Assembly (NCBI RefSeq): GCF_037042905.1
Contig: NC_087250.1
Coordinates: 7,876,001 to 7,940,000 of the forward strand
Source: Lytechinus pictus
Lineage: Eukaryota
Reading direction: 5' to 3'
DNA: 64,000 bases
This document shows positions 1 through 12,491 of this stretch, one piece after another. The notes beneath the pieces were generated by a model. That model was given only the letters and a program-made list of their open reading frames with translations, did not search any database and had not been told where the DNA came from. A program made the position numbers and the translations under genes. Position 1 is the first letter of the stretch, and every line of letters begins with the position of its first letter.

Positions 1-176
1 AAGGTAGATCAGTTCATGTCAAAAGAGAGAAAAGGGTCAATGGTTTATAAAAATGCAAAAACAAGGTAGATCAGTTCATGTCAAAAGAGAGAAAAGGGTC
101 AATGGTTTATAAAATGCAATAACAAGGTAGATCAGTTCATGTCAAAAGAGAGAAAAGGGTCAATGGTTTATAAAAC
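1..176. repeat. Tandem repeat, ~62-bp unit, about 3 copies (truncated by window edge)
   Basis: aaggtagatcagttcatgtcaaaagagagaaaagggtcaatggtttataaaa recurs at 1, 63 and 124. Confidence 0.95.
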
Positions 177-1301
177 CGCAAAACTTTCTTTTGAAGAGGT
201 AAAACATTTTTTTTCAAAGATTCGGGCAAGTGAAATAGATTTTGGGGCAAGTACATGTATATTCCAACTATTTAAAAATTTACTTGCCCGACAGGCAAGT
301 GCTTCTAAAAAGTTATTGAGCACCCAGGATACACCATGGGTGAACAATAGACTGATTCTGTAGGACATTCAAATATTTGATGCACCTTTCAACTATTAAA
401 ATCTTGAGGACTATTCACTTCACTTGTTTTGTTTAATCAGTGAGGCTCAGTGATTTGAATCCAGTTTGCATAAATTGAAAGCTGCTATGTCAGGCAACCC
501 TATCTACCCATGCTCAGATATCAATGTCGCTTTTCGTTGTCATTCAGATTTTTCAGGTTGGAACATTCATTATAAAACGCTCCAAGACATTAAATGTGGA
601 ATTCGATTGCAAATTGCTCGTTTAGTGCGGAAGTCTCGCTCAGTATGACAACACCATATAGACCTTTGCATTATTGCAATTACACAAGGTTCAGTAGCCC
701 ATATTCCAGGATCCCACAGTCACGGAATATCCTGGAAAAATGTGTGGTCATGGAAAGTCGGGGAATAAGAAAAATTTGTGAAAAGTCATGGAATTGCATT
801 AACCTCTTTGCTATGGCAGCTTTCCAGTTTGTCATGTCTCGTAACTTTCATACTCTGTGATCATACTCTGCTATTATAATTGGTGTTCATGATTTCCATT
901 TTTCCCAGTTTTGTGATATCCCAGATTCTACATAACTCCCGGGACATCACGGGAAGTCATGGAAAGCAGCAATTTATTCATGGAAAAGTCATTGAATTCT
1001 GTGTTCAAATTTATGTGGGAACCTCGATATTGAGAAGTCTGGTTTAACTTAGATGATGGTCAAAGTCTGTGCTATAATTATGGGAAAGCAAAAATATAAA
1101 GAGTTTATTTGCATTGTTTCTTATATTGATTTTGCTGTTTACCCATGCTTAATAATAATGAAGAAAACAATTTTAGTTATTACATAAAAACCCAAGTCAG
1201 AACAATGGCCTATGTGTTTCTAAGGGAGATCTAGAGATTGATAGAGATGTCAACAAGTGGACTAAGATGGTGTATCTTTATCTCTTCTGTTTTATATTTA
1301 G

Positions 1302-1386
1302 ATGGTGATTTCGGAGAACACACCTGAAGAAAGAACTGATATTGTCAAGTCATCGGCAAGCAGCGATGACTATCTGACGTCGAAAG
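1302..1386 (+). CDS. Internal coding exon of upstream gene (MVISENTPEERTDIVKSSASSDDYLTSK)
   Basis: Polypyrimidine tract + AG at 1300-1301, GT donor at 1387; open frame ends in phase 1 and joins the 3118 exon in frame. Confidence 0.75.
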
Positions 1387-1557
1387 GTATGCAATATGGA
1401 TTCTACATAGAGTAGTATACAGAGAATACACATCTAGGGCATTAGTAAGAATTATATGCATGAGGTACGTTTGGAACTGTTCTAACATGCCCAAGGCATA
1501 GCTGAGGGTATTTGGACTTTATCATAGGTAACAAGTGAAGGCAATTATTCTCTTTAA

Positions 1558-2149
1558 AGGTCAAGTCCACCCAAGAAAAATGTTGATTTGAATAAATAGA
1601 GAAAAATCAAACCAGCAAAACGCTGAAAATTTCATCAAAATCGGATGTAAAATAAGAAAGTTATGACACTTTAAAGTTTTGCTTATTTTTCCCAAAACAG
1701 TGATATGCACAACTCAAATGAGACATTCGATGATGTCCCTCACTCACTATTTCTTTTGTTTTTTATTGTTTGAATTATACAATATATCATTTTTTATAGA
1801 TTTGAGAATAAGGACCAACTTGACTGAATCATATAATATTTAACAATGCTCATTCCACATGTTCGGGGAGGAATTGATCGTTGTTTCACTTGACAATGAT
1901 GAGAAAAATAGAATATTCCCTATTTCGTATAATAAAATACAAAAGAAATAGTGAGGGGATGACGTCATCAGTTTCCTCATTTGCATACTAACCAGGATGT
2001 GCATATAAATGTTTTGTGAAATTAAGCAAAACTTTAAAATGTCATAACTTTCTTATTTTACATCCGATTTTGATGAAATTTTCAGTGTTATGCTTGTTGG
2101 ATTTTCTCCTTTTACGCAAATCAACTTTTTGTTGGGGTGGACTTGTCCT
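1558..2149. mobile_element. Non-autonomous TIR element with TTAA TSD (Kolobok-like MITE)
   Basis: TTAA|aggtcaagtccaccc ... gggtggacttgtcct|TTAA; further copies at 19957 and 36052. Confidence 0.85.
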
Positions 2150-3117
2150 TTAATATCTGAGCAAAATGAGGTGTTTGATAAGGTAGTGATGTAGATCCTG
2201 CTTATTAGATAAACCATCTCCTTATCAAAACTATGACTGGTCGATAGAATAAGCCATCAATGAGAGTGATCATAAAGTTAGCCTGTTAGCTAGGATAAAT
2301 CATAGAATGGGTACCATGCATTAGTATACAAATAATGAATGTTTATGAGTGCAATGGACAGAATACTTCATGAGGTGAAAGATGAAATGGATCATTATTT
2401 CCTCTTTCACTGAATGAAGTATTCTGTCTATTGCACGAATGAAAAAACATTCATTATTTGGTTTATATGAAACCTACTTTTTTTTTTTCATATGAAATTT
2501 ATGAATTTCGATGCAAAACATGCTCATGCAGTGCGAGTTCGGTCTGTTGATTGTTACGTCATTACAACATGCGCACTGCTGGTGCCTGCAGCTGCAGTCT
2601 CGGTGCGCCAGTGCAATGGACAAAATCGTATGGATCCAAAATTGCACGATGAATGGATCCAAAATTGCACGGTTGATGACGTCATTGCAAAATGGGCTGA
2701 ATAAACGATATCAAACAACCAATCAAATCACAAGGATCTATCTAGGTGTCATATAATAATTACCGATGCATGGCCAGCCATGCATCGGTAATTACTAATG
2801 CATTGTTGTAAACAAGTTAAGTTATCGCTAAAGAATTCCACCATTCTATAAAACAAATGATACACAGGTTTGTTCGTGCATTAGTAAGACTAGTGAGCGT
2901 GCGGTAAGCATGGAAACTAGTGTAGTTTGACAGTTCAATAGTTTCCTTTGTATGCTCACAAAACCTACCGATGCACTCTTATCTGTGCATTATTTGTATA
3001 CGGGTCATGTGATAGACTTCAGCCAATCATTAGGTTGGAATCCATATCACGTTTTCACCTATTTATTTTATATTTCCCTATCTTATGCCTGTTGTGTGTT
3101 TTTTTTTCCTCTTGCAG

Positions 3118-3326
3118 GTGGCAGTGCAAGCTCCCTGAAGGCAAAATGGGAGTCGGGCGAAGTTCATAACGCTGACGTGACAACCGAGAAGGCGGAGAGT
3201 AAACCGAAGCGTTTCTCTGCGTACTATGATGGGGATGAACAAACGAATGGTGTGGTGGAACACGAGAATGGAATCATGGAAGAGAGAGAGGAGGAGCAGG
3301 AAGAGGAGGAAGAAGATAGCAGCGTT
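3118..3326 (+). CDS. Penultimate coding exon (GSASSLKAKWESGEV...EEEEEDSSV); possibly LIMA1/EPLIN/Xin-like actin-binding protein
   Basis: cttgcag acceptor, gtaagt donor at 3327, phase-compatible with both neighbours; the SLKAKWE and ENTP..DIVKS motifs resemble invertebrate LIMA1/XIRP-like repeats (family call is inference). Confidence 0.75.
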
Positions 3327-3509
3327 GTAAGTTTGAATTGATTTGATTTATCAATTTAAAAGGTGCATCTACTAACTGCAACTCGCAGCAAGAATTACAC
3401 ACAGCTTACAGATGCATACACTAGTAAATATACGATGCACAGTGAAAAGTAACTATGTCCTGTAGGGAATACACTTACGTTGTTTCAGTGTGCATCTGGA
3501 AACATGGAA

Positions 3510-3905
3510 CTCAAAGTGGTCCTTATTTAGTCCCTTGTGGCACACCACGGTGTACTTAAACATAATGGTCCCATTGAAGTCCCTTGTGGCACACCAATGT
3601 ACTGATGCAGGGAACAATTTGGCTTTACAAATTTGAATAGCTTTTTTGGTCATAAGAGGAAAGCTCTCAACTAAGTAATGTACAGTCCTATGTAAAAATA
3701 TGCTATACAAAAGACTTTATGCATAGCAGTCTTTCAAAAATGTGGAGCAAAGTGGAATGCGATACCAGGAAAAAATGATTCTCTGCGAATGCAAAGTGGT
3801 CCCAATGAAATCCCTTGTGGCACACCAGAGTGTACCGATGTAAAATGGTCCTAATTTAGACCCTTGTGGCACACCCTTGTGGCATGCCAGAGTGTACTTA
3901 TGCAT
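3510..3905 (-). repeat. Degenerate repeat built from a LINE reverse-transcriptase GVPQG segment
   Basis: cccttgtggcacacc occurs 4 times plus a variant; minus-strand translations GVPQGSKLGP and GVPQGTSMGP. Confidence 0.55.
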
Positions 3906-4246
3906 AATTCCACTGCCCTTCTTCTTTTCTCACACAATTATTCAAAAGAAATTGTTAAGAACATAAATTCCAACTGTGGCAACGATCCCAGAATTTGTTA
4001 GAACAGAGTCAAATAAAAAGACCACCCAAATGTAGTTAGATAGCAGTAAAAAAGGATTTTGCTAGATAACATATAATTGTCGAAAAATTACCCCCCAAAG
4101 CAGGTAATTCATTTTAAAAGTTCCTTATTCTTGTATAGACCTTAATCAAACCTTCACCAATACTTTTCTTTCATTTTCTGATTTCATTGAAATGCCTCTC
4201 TAATCAGGATGAACTTCTCCTACATGTATAATGTGTCATGATACCA

Positions 4247-4698
4247 ATAAGCCAGTTCGTAGTTCCTTTCTGCGCATGATCAAAAGATTCTACGCATGAT
4301 CAGAGGAAGGTCATTTGTACTAAGTGACATGGTGGTTTAAAATCTAATGAGATAAGCACCAACTTTGATGTCTTGATTATTCATATATTGTTTTGAATTG
4401 TGGTTTTCATTTACATCCACAAAAACAACAATGCGTCCACGAACGACTGGTATTTCACAGTTTGCCAAGTACATTGTGCAACATGCTATGATATGCATTC
4501 AAAGTAGGAATGCAACAAATACCTTCATAAAGTGTTCATTGGTGTGCTATTCTAGTCACCTGGTTTATTCAATTACTTCACCCTGCTATGTAAGGCAAGC
4601 TTACGTAATATCTTGCTTTGAAATCTGCCTATCATAATGAAAGAAATGAAAGGTCATTTGACCAAAATTGTCCATGAAGTAACTACAAACTGGTCTAT
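4247..4698. mobile_element. MITE (~450 bp); inverted copy at 55011-55640
   Basis: Imperfect TIRs aataagccagttcgtagttc ... gtaactacaaactggtctatt; near-identical reverse-complement copy in VCPIP1 intron 11. Confidence 0.85.
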
Positions 4699-4780
4699 TC
4701 ATATATTTTTTTTTTTGGGGGGGGGATAAATCTTTCAAATTCAACAGTTTATTTTTCTATATATTCTTTTTTTTTCATAG

Positions 4781-4843
4781 GATGCTTCATGGGAAATCAA
4801 GGCAGCAAGGGCAGCAGCCATGGCCGATATAGAAGATGAGTGA
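4781..4843 (+). CDS. Terminal coding exon (DASWEIKAARAAAMADIEDE*)
   Basis: T-rich tract + catag acceptor, phase 0, TGA at 4841-4843, followed by AT-rich 3'UTR-like sequence. Confidence 0.75.
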   Translation, partial: DASWEIKAARAAAMADIEDE

Positions 4844-5630
4844 CCAATCAGAAGCTTCCATTTTTCAAATTAACCAATCACCATGCTTCATGAACTCATA
4901 TATAATACAAAACAAAAAGCAAAATGCTGAAAGTATAACAGTGCTATTGATATTAATAATAATTATTATAATTAATGATAAATGTACATTTTATATATTA
5001 ATGGAATATTTTTCACAAAGTTTAAACATTTGTTTAGCATGTTTGATGCAAAATTGCTTGTATACACCTAAATCCTGAATAATTAGATTGCTCAAATGAT
5101 ATTAGCTTTTGTATATTGAATATTATTATACAGACAATAAGATAGGTTATAGTGGGCTTTCATTGTGGGAGGTTGATTTGTATAACATTTTTTACCCAGT
5201 TACTCAAACATTTGATAAATACAACAAATCATTCTTATGTGTAGCCTATTAAGCTATGTTGGTATTTTTTCTAAGTTTTGTGTCTCGTCTTATAAAGAGT
5301 AGTGATTGATCCAATCAAACTCAACTGTATGGAAATCCATCATTGTCATAACTTCTCCTACAGGAAATTTGCACAAGGTTCTTTGTAATCAGAGTGAAGG
5401 CACACTGAATTGTGAAGACAACGATGCATTTTAGATGTTGAGGTTGCTGGCTTTCCATAGTTGTGGTCAATCGGATCAATCGCGACGCTTTGTAAGACGG
5501 GGCACAGATTGTCGGGTCTCTATCTGTGATGTTTTAATCTTCGCCATGTTTGTGAATTTGAGCATGTCACAGTCCTTTTGCTGTAATTTTGAAGTCACTT
5601 CATCATGTCGATTCTGAGACATTGGTGGAT

Positions 5631-5981
5631 GACAGGTGCCCATTCGATGAAAGCATCAGTATCTCCAGCTCTACACCATCATTATGGAAAGCCAAGCGGG
5701 ATGTCTCGGGTTCGGCTTAAATAAAGAAAATGCTAAATGTTGATTGGACAGAATGCAGACCCACTTACTTTGCAAGCGATAGACATTTGTCTGTTTACAG
5801 AAAAATTGACGACAGGTGCCCATTCGATGAAAGCATCAGTATCTCCAGCTCTACACCATCATTATGGAAAGCCAAGCGGGATGTCTCGGGGTCGGCTTAA
5901 ATACAGAAAATGCTAAATGTTGATTGGACAGAATGCAGACCCACTTACTTTGCAAGCGAAAGACATTTGTCTGTTTACAGA
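5631..5981. repeat. Near-perfect tandem duplication, 180-bp period
   Basis: gacaggtgcccattcgatgaaagc at 5631 and 5811. Confidence 0.95.
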
Positions 5982-7808
5982 CAATCAGGGCCTCCGAGAA
6001 CAACAGTATTCCAGTTACTGATGGAGCCAATCTACAAATATAAATGAATAAATAAATGAATGAATGTATGAATTAATTAATTAATTTTAAAATCAATCGA
6101 TCAGTAAATAGATAAGTAAATAAATAAATATTTGTAAAAATAAAAAGATAAATATATGTTTATATAAATTAATAAACTAATTAATAAAGAAATCTATGAC
6201 TAAATGAATAAATAAATTAATAAATAAATAAATAAAATAAAAAAATGAGAAAAAAATTATGATAAGATAAATAAATAAACTATTGCTCGTCTTGGCATTC
6301 CATAGAGAAGGTGACGAGTTGGAGTGTTGATTCTTTCACGTAACAGGCCTGATTTTTCTTAAAATCCTGTATACATGTATGAGTTGCTATGTTTCTCTCT
6401 TTGTCTAAGTTCTTAAAAATGCAAACACCACATTATTCCAGGGATCTGATCATTATGACCTCTAAATTGGCAATGTAATGAAAACAGTAATCACTGGCAA
6501 TTTTTTTAATGACATCTTTCTTTATTCATTTGTTAATTTTACTTGTGTTTTATCCATATTTGATTTCTTTTTAACTTCTGTATGTTATGGGGAAAACGGT
6601 ACGATTTCCCCCCTAATTTGAGGGGTGACATTAAATTTATCTCAACCATAGAGAGGGTTGCATAGTTGAGTAGATCAATGTCGACAAGGAAAGTTGTGAG
6701 ATCCGTTGGGCAATCAATTACGATGAAATGATCAACCAATCATTTTACTTAAATTCATTGCAGTAGCATCATATTGCCAGACCATGTTGGTAAACATCTG
6801 TACATTTGTTTATTTATGTATCTTTAGTTTTATCATTATGATTTAAATGTATGAGAAGAAATTGTTCGTGTATTTGTAAATTAAGCCAGATTCAATATAT
6901 TTGTAATGGATTTTTAAAAATTTGAATAAAAATTGCCACGATATGAAAGAAAATTATGAATGAAAATTTATTTTGCTACATAAGGTATTTGTAGAACTCT
7001 GTTTTTATTATTATTATGCAACTTGTTTATTTCGGTATATATATGTAGATGGATATAAAACGGGAGATTGCTCTGCAATGTTTGGAGTTTTTTGTTAATG
7101 AGGAAATAGAAATAAGAACAACATGTGATAATGAACAAATTCACATTTAGATTAATGTAGTGCATGCAGAATCTATGTTACAGATCATCAATTTAATAGG
7201 CAAGATGGCTTATGTATACTTATACTAGAAGAAGTTAAGAAAGGGGTTTATAAATTCTTAAAACTACATTTTGTGTTTGTTTTATATTGTTTGCATAACA
7301 TATGAAGCATTCCATCAAGACTCATTGTTCACGAGTCAGGTTTTTGTAGTATAGACCCATATATTGATTTAGATGTTAGGCAATAGGCATGGGTGACCCA
7401 GTATTGATAAATCCTGTGTCTTTATGTTGATATGGTAAATACAAGTTGCAGTATGACATTTGATGATTTTAACTATCATATGAATTTTGGGTTTCATGAT
7501 ATTTGCTCCAGCGACAATTGCTCCAATGGAAAATCTGCACGTTAAGCCAACCATAAATCCTAACCTCCAAAACAAAATAAACCCTAATCCTAATCTCTAC
7601 ATTATTCTGAACCTAAGACTCTATTACAATGCTAACTCTATCCCTAAGCCCTCTGAGATACTAAGACAGGAGCAAATGTCGCAGGAGCAAACTTCATGTC
7701 ACCAAATTTTTGTAATATAACCAGGTGTCTTTATACCGGAGGGGTTCTTTGTCCGGACAAGAGAGCAATTTCAAGAATTTGCAAGCAATAATTTTATAGC
7801 TCTGCTCA

Positions 7809-8197
7809 TTAAAAGTAATGTTGGACAATATTACAAAGCACGAACCTTTAAAATGATTTTTACTATCTGGTGATTGTATGTTAGGAAAACGCGGAGCAAA
7901 AGGTGATGTTTTTATGCGCTTAAGTGCCCAGACATCGCACCCCCAATCCTACTTAGCATCATAGTGGATCTGTATTCATAGCTGAAATGTTCTGCTTTCT
8001 TCATAATAATTAAAAGTAATGTCGGACAATATTACAAAGCACAAACCTTTACAATTATTTCTTACTATCTGATGATTATACAAGTACGTTAGAAAAGCTT
8101 GGAGCAAAAGGTGATGTTTTGATCTGCTTAAGTGCCCAGACATCGGACCCCCCATCCTACTTAGCGTCGTAGTGTATCTGTATTCATAGCTGAAATG
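7809..8197. repeat. Diverged tandem duplication, ~200-bp period
   Basis: ttaaaagtaatgtyggacaatattacaaagcac at 7809 and 8010; both units end tctgtattcatagctgaaatg. Confidence 0.9.
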
Positions 8198-8364
8198 ACA
8201 CATTTGGGTTCCACATTCTTTATATTAATGTTTTAATGCAGATTTAGTTTCTACTTGATCAGAGAATAGATAGTAAGGCTTTTAGATTCACTAAATCAGT
8301 AATAGAGGTTCTAGAGATTTTTTATACGACACATTTTATTCAATATTTTTGCCAGTACTAACAG

Positions 8365-8516
8365 GGCCACGTTGCATAAAATTTACTATTATGGTAACTT
8401 TGCCATCCAATGGTAACTACCATGGTAACAATGCTAAGCAGCCAATCAGAATCAAGGACTTCAGAGAAGTAACCATTGGATGGCAAAGTTAATAGCAACT
8501 TTTATGTACCAGGGGC
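8365..8516. mobile_element. Palindromic MITE flanked by CAG/CAG (Harbinger-like)
   Basis: aactttgccatccaatggt / accattggatggcaaagtt inverted arms; CWG trinucleotide on both sides. Confidence 0.6.
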
Positions 8517-9695
8517 CAGAAAGGGAGGGAGAGCAATTCGACACATTGATCCAAAATTCACGCAAAGTAATGAGAGCAATGGTGTCGCAAAGACTTTTTG
8601 TGCATGCACTTTTCATGACCATAGAGCATGATGGGAAATATCCGCACCCCGAATTTGGTGGGAATCGGTCCATGGGGGCCTAAGTTTACGTTTAATGAAG
8701 AACAACTTAGCCCCCACTGTAATCATATATAGATTGGCCGGATTTGGGGTCTATTCATCATTTTACTATACCTTACTTGCTGGAAGGCACACAGTGTCAT
8801 ACAGGATGGTCACAGTGTGGTCACATAGTGAACTATGTGAAAGTATTATTCACACTGTTAAAATGTTCATATTCATCAGTGTGAAGATATTTTCACGCTG
8901 TGAGCACCTCGACAGTGTGACTGTGAATATGTGTGTTCACAAAGTTGACTGTGATTATGTGATCCACACTGTTGAAATGCTCAAATTTCATCAGTGTGGA
9001 GATATTTTCACACTGTGAACACCCAGACAGTGTGACTGTTCACAGTGTGTTCACATGGTCGACTGTGAATGTGTGTGTTCACACTGTTAAAATGCTCAAA
9101 TTGAACAGTGTGAAGGTGATTTCACATTGTGTTCCACACTGTGGCTTACACTGTGGGATACACTGTTCTTTCCAAGAGAGCTAGCACATCATGAACCACT
9201 TTGTGTCAAATTTGGTGTGTGGAGGTTTTTCATCGTGCTCTACCAAAATATGGTCTTGAAAAGGCACAAAAGAGAAATTTATGATGTCATACTTTGGTGC
9301 GATGTGTATGGATTAACTTTAATCAATTGGCTAGATGAATCTGTAAGTTTGTATATAACAAGAGTGGATTAAACTCACCCATGAGTAGAAAAAAAAATGT
9401 TATATGACATCAAACAGTATGCACATCACATTCTTTGACATTGTAACACATGCAACCTTTTTTTTTAAATTCAATCATATATAAAATGGGGACGGGATCT
9501 TTCACAACTAGGTGTTTTCAGACATTGAAGATTTAAGCCATTTCTGTATGCTGTTTATTGCGGCTATATTTTTATGATATAATTGATGTGAAATTTTTAT
9601 CTATATTCTTTGAGAAATATTTGTTATGATGGAATATTTATAATGGTATCGGGTTTATACTAGGGGTGATCCAATCATTTTGTATGCCATATATT

Positions 9696-10167
9696 TGTGA
9701 CCTGCCACCCCCAAACCAACAATAAGTCGACCCAAACGAATACTGAGATTTTTATTGAGCTTGAAAATTCATTTCCTAAGCTTTAAAATGATATATATGT
9801 TAAAATTGGCCAACAATAACCATTACAAGTACTTGACTGAATGCAGAGGAAATTCAGCAAGAGCTTAAAAAAATAAGGAGAAAACAAGGTTTTGAGTTTG
9901 GGGTTCACTCAAGCATGAGATGTACATACTGTGTAATCTCAGTGAAACTTCCCATCAGTCCCCAAAAGTAGTGCCCAAGAAACTATTATATCTTATCTTT
10001 TATTCAATTTCATGACTTCGAATTTTTACAGTATGAAGAAGAAGAATTGCTCTTTCAGATAAGCTGTTTATTTTATTTTTGGTTTTTGGAGACTAAATTG
10101 CTACTTTGGTTTTTTACAGAGAACCTTACCTGGCGACTTATTGGTGGTTTTGGAGTGGTAGGTCACA
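9696..10167. mobile_element. TGTGAC-terminated MITE
   Basis: tgtgacctgccacccccaaacc ... ggttttggagtggtaggtcaca inverted termini. Confidence 0.75.
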
Positions 10168-10532
10168 TTTGGAAGCTTTGTCTATCCATCTCATTTCTTC
10201 TGTTAAAAATTTGAGATGTTATGTAAAGATCCTTTCACTCTCTTTCACTTTATCTTTTTGACCTGTGAGAAAAAAAATGTTACATTGTCACAAAAGCCAA
10301 TAGAAAAGAAAAAATGCATAAAAATATACTGTATTCTTGAATTGATGAAAATACTTTGTGTATTTTTGCATCACATATGATAATATGATATGACTTTTTG
10401 TTATTTTAAAGCTTGGTAATTCAATGACTAAATAAATTGCGCTTTCTTCTTTAATAAAAAGGAATGTCGTGTTGTGTTTGAATATAGTTTCGGGATTGGT
10501 CTTGCCAAACAGTTACAGGAACAATGAAAAGA

Positions 10533-10800
10533 GATGATGGTGGTGGTGATGGTGATGATGATAATGATGATTGTGGTGGTGATGATGATTATGATGATGG
10601 TGATGATGGTGGTGGTGGTGATGATGATGATTATGATGGTGATGGTGATGATATTAGTGATGATGGTGATGGCTGTGATGATGATGATGGTGATGATGAT
10701 GATATAATGATATGATGATGATGATGTTGGTGGTGGTGATGGTGTTGATGATGATGATATGATGTGATGGTGGTGATGATGATCATCATGATGGTGATGT
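10533..10800. repeat. (GAT/GGT)n microsatellite
   Basis: Direct reading. Confidence 0.95.
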
Positions 10801-10879
10801 CGTACTTACATATTATAAAGTTTAGTTGAATATGACTCATTAAGTTTATGCGTCATCGATAAATATGAGAGTTCAATGG

Positions 10880-11432
10880 CTGGACAGATGGATGAATAGA
10901 TAATAAGAAGATTGGGATTGGATGGATGAATAAATTGAAGGATCGATGGATGAATTAGCAAATAGTTGTTTGATGAATGACTGAATGAATGGATGGCTAA
11001 TGAAAAATGGATGGATGGTTGAATATATGGAATGATGAACGGATGAATGAATGAAAGAATGAATGAATTATGAATGAATGGATGGATGGATGGATGATAG
11101 AATGAACGAAATTATGAATAAATGAATTATGAATGAATGAATTATGAATGAATGAATGAATGATAGATAGAATGAATGAATGAATGATAGAATGAATGAT
11201 AGAATGAATGAATGATAGAATGAATGAAAGAACGAATAAATGAATGAATGAATGATAGAATGAATGAATGAATGAATGAACGAATGAATAAATGAATGAA
11301 TGATAGAACAAATGAATGAGTGAATGAATCAATCAATGAATGAGTGAGTGAATGAATGATAAAATGAATTAATGAATGATAGAATGAATGATAGAATGAA
11401 TGAACGAATGAATGATAGAATGAATGAATGAT
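10880..11432. repeat. (GAAT/GGAT)n microsatellite
   Basis: Direct reading. Confidence 0.95.
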
Positions 11433-12491
11433 GACTAAGTGGATTTAAAGGGTAGAGGAGTCAAATAAATGGATGACATGTATAATAAATGAATTAACAA
11501 AAATGAAAATATTGACTAATGGAATTTATGAGTTAGAGAGAACATCAGCAAACAGAGTATAGTTATACCCTTTTTCCTTTCTCCCTGAAAAAAAAAATGT
11601 ATTATACAAAAGATCAATACTTCTCTCCAGATCTAGAGTTAGATTTCAAATGAAAATCTTATAGACTGAAACTAACCTTAAAACATTCGGCTTCATGGTC
11701 AAAATAGACACAGCTTGCCCTTTTTCTTAGCTGCATGTTTAAATTATTGGTATTATATTGACTAAAGAGAAATATTCTGATCCAGGGGCGAATTCAAGAT
11801 GGGGGGTTGTTCTATGACAAGCCATGGGACACAGGTCACCACCATAAGAAGCATTTGATTTTTTTAAGTCATTAAATGGGGAGGGGCACGAAATGTGGGG
11901 TTTTGCCACCCCCCTCCCTATTCCGCGCATGGTAATATACTGCCTGATTTTGATCGTATTGGTGGTAAGTAAACTAGCTAAGGTTTGAGTACTGAATAGA
12001 GAATATCCATCGACAACAGGTGGTGATCTGAAATATGAATTTAACTGCGCTGTTCTGGATATGCCTATTGTCATTATAGCACGTTTTATCCATTCATAAA
12101 GAAAGTGTTCACACTGCCCGCCTGATGAAAAATCTTACTCCGTGTGTCACACATGCACCATTCTACAAGTGTTCAATCTGGGTGATAGAAACATTGTCCG
12201 TGTGAACAATTCTATTCGAATATCGATTCGCATTTTTTGTTCTTTTTTGTGTGAAACGAAAGCCCTTCTAGTATGTAAATGATCTCAACATGTGTCTAAT
12301 TCTGTGTTGTTTCAGTATGAAGATTTCTTTTCATACTTGTATCTTGAACACCTTATGAGGAATAAGGATCAAAGTGACAATATTTCATCGAGAAGATTAG
12401 GATTATTCGCAGTAGAGGGCATATATTCCTTTGTAAAGACTAGACTGTGTCCACTTTGATTTGGAGGAGATCTGTTCAAGGTGTTATCACG

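Noticed and set aside
4398..4637. ORF repeated at 55307-55492 (RPRTTGISQFAKYIVQHAM...)
   Set aside because: Shared because both lie in copies of one non-coding MITE
10524..11336. Asp/Gly-rich, His-rich and IHSF-repeat ORFs
   Set aside because: Microsatellite translations
12447..12491. N-terminal extension of the GT31 ORF in the ORF track
   Set aside because: Starts at GTG; the first ATG is 12492 and gives a normal short cytoplasmic tail before the TM helix
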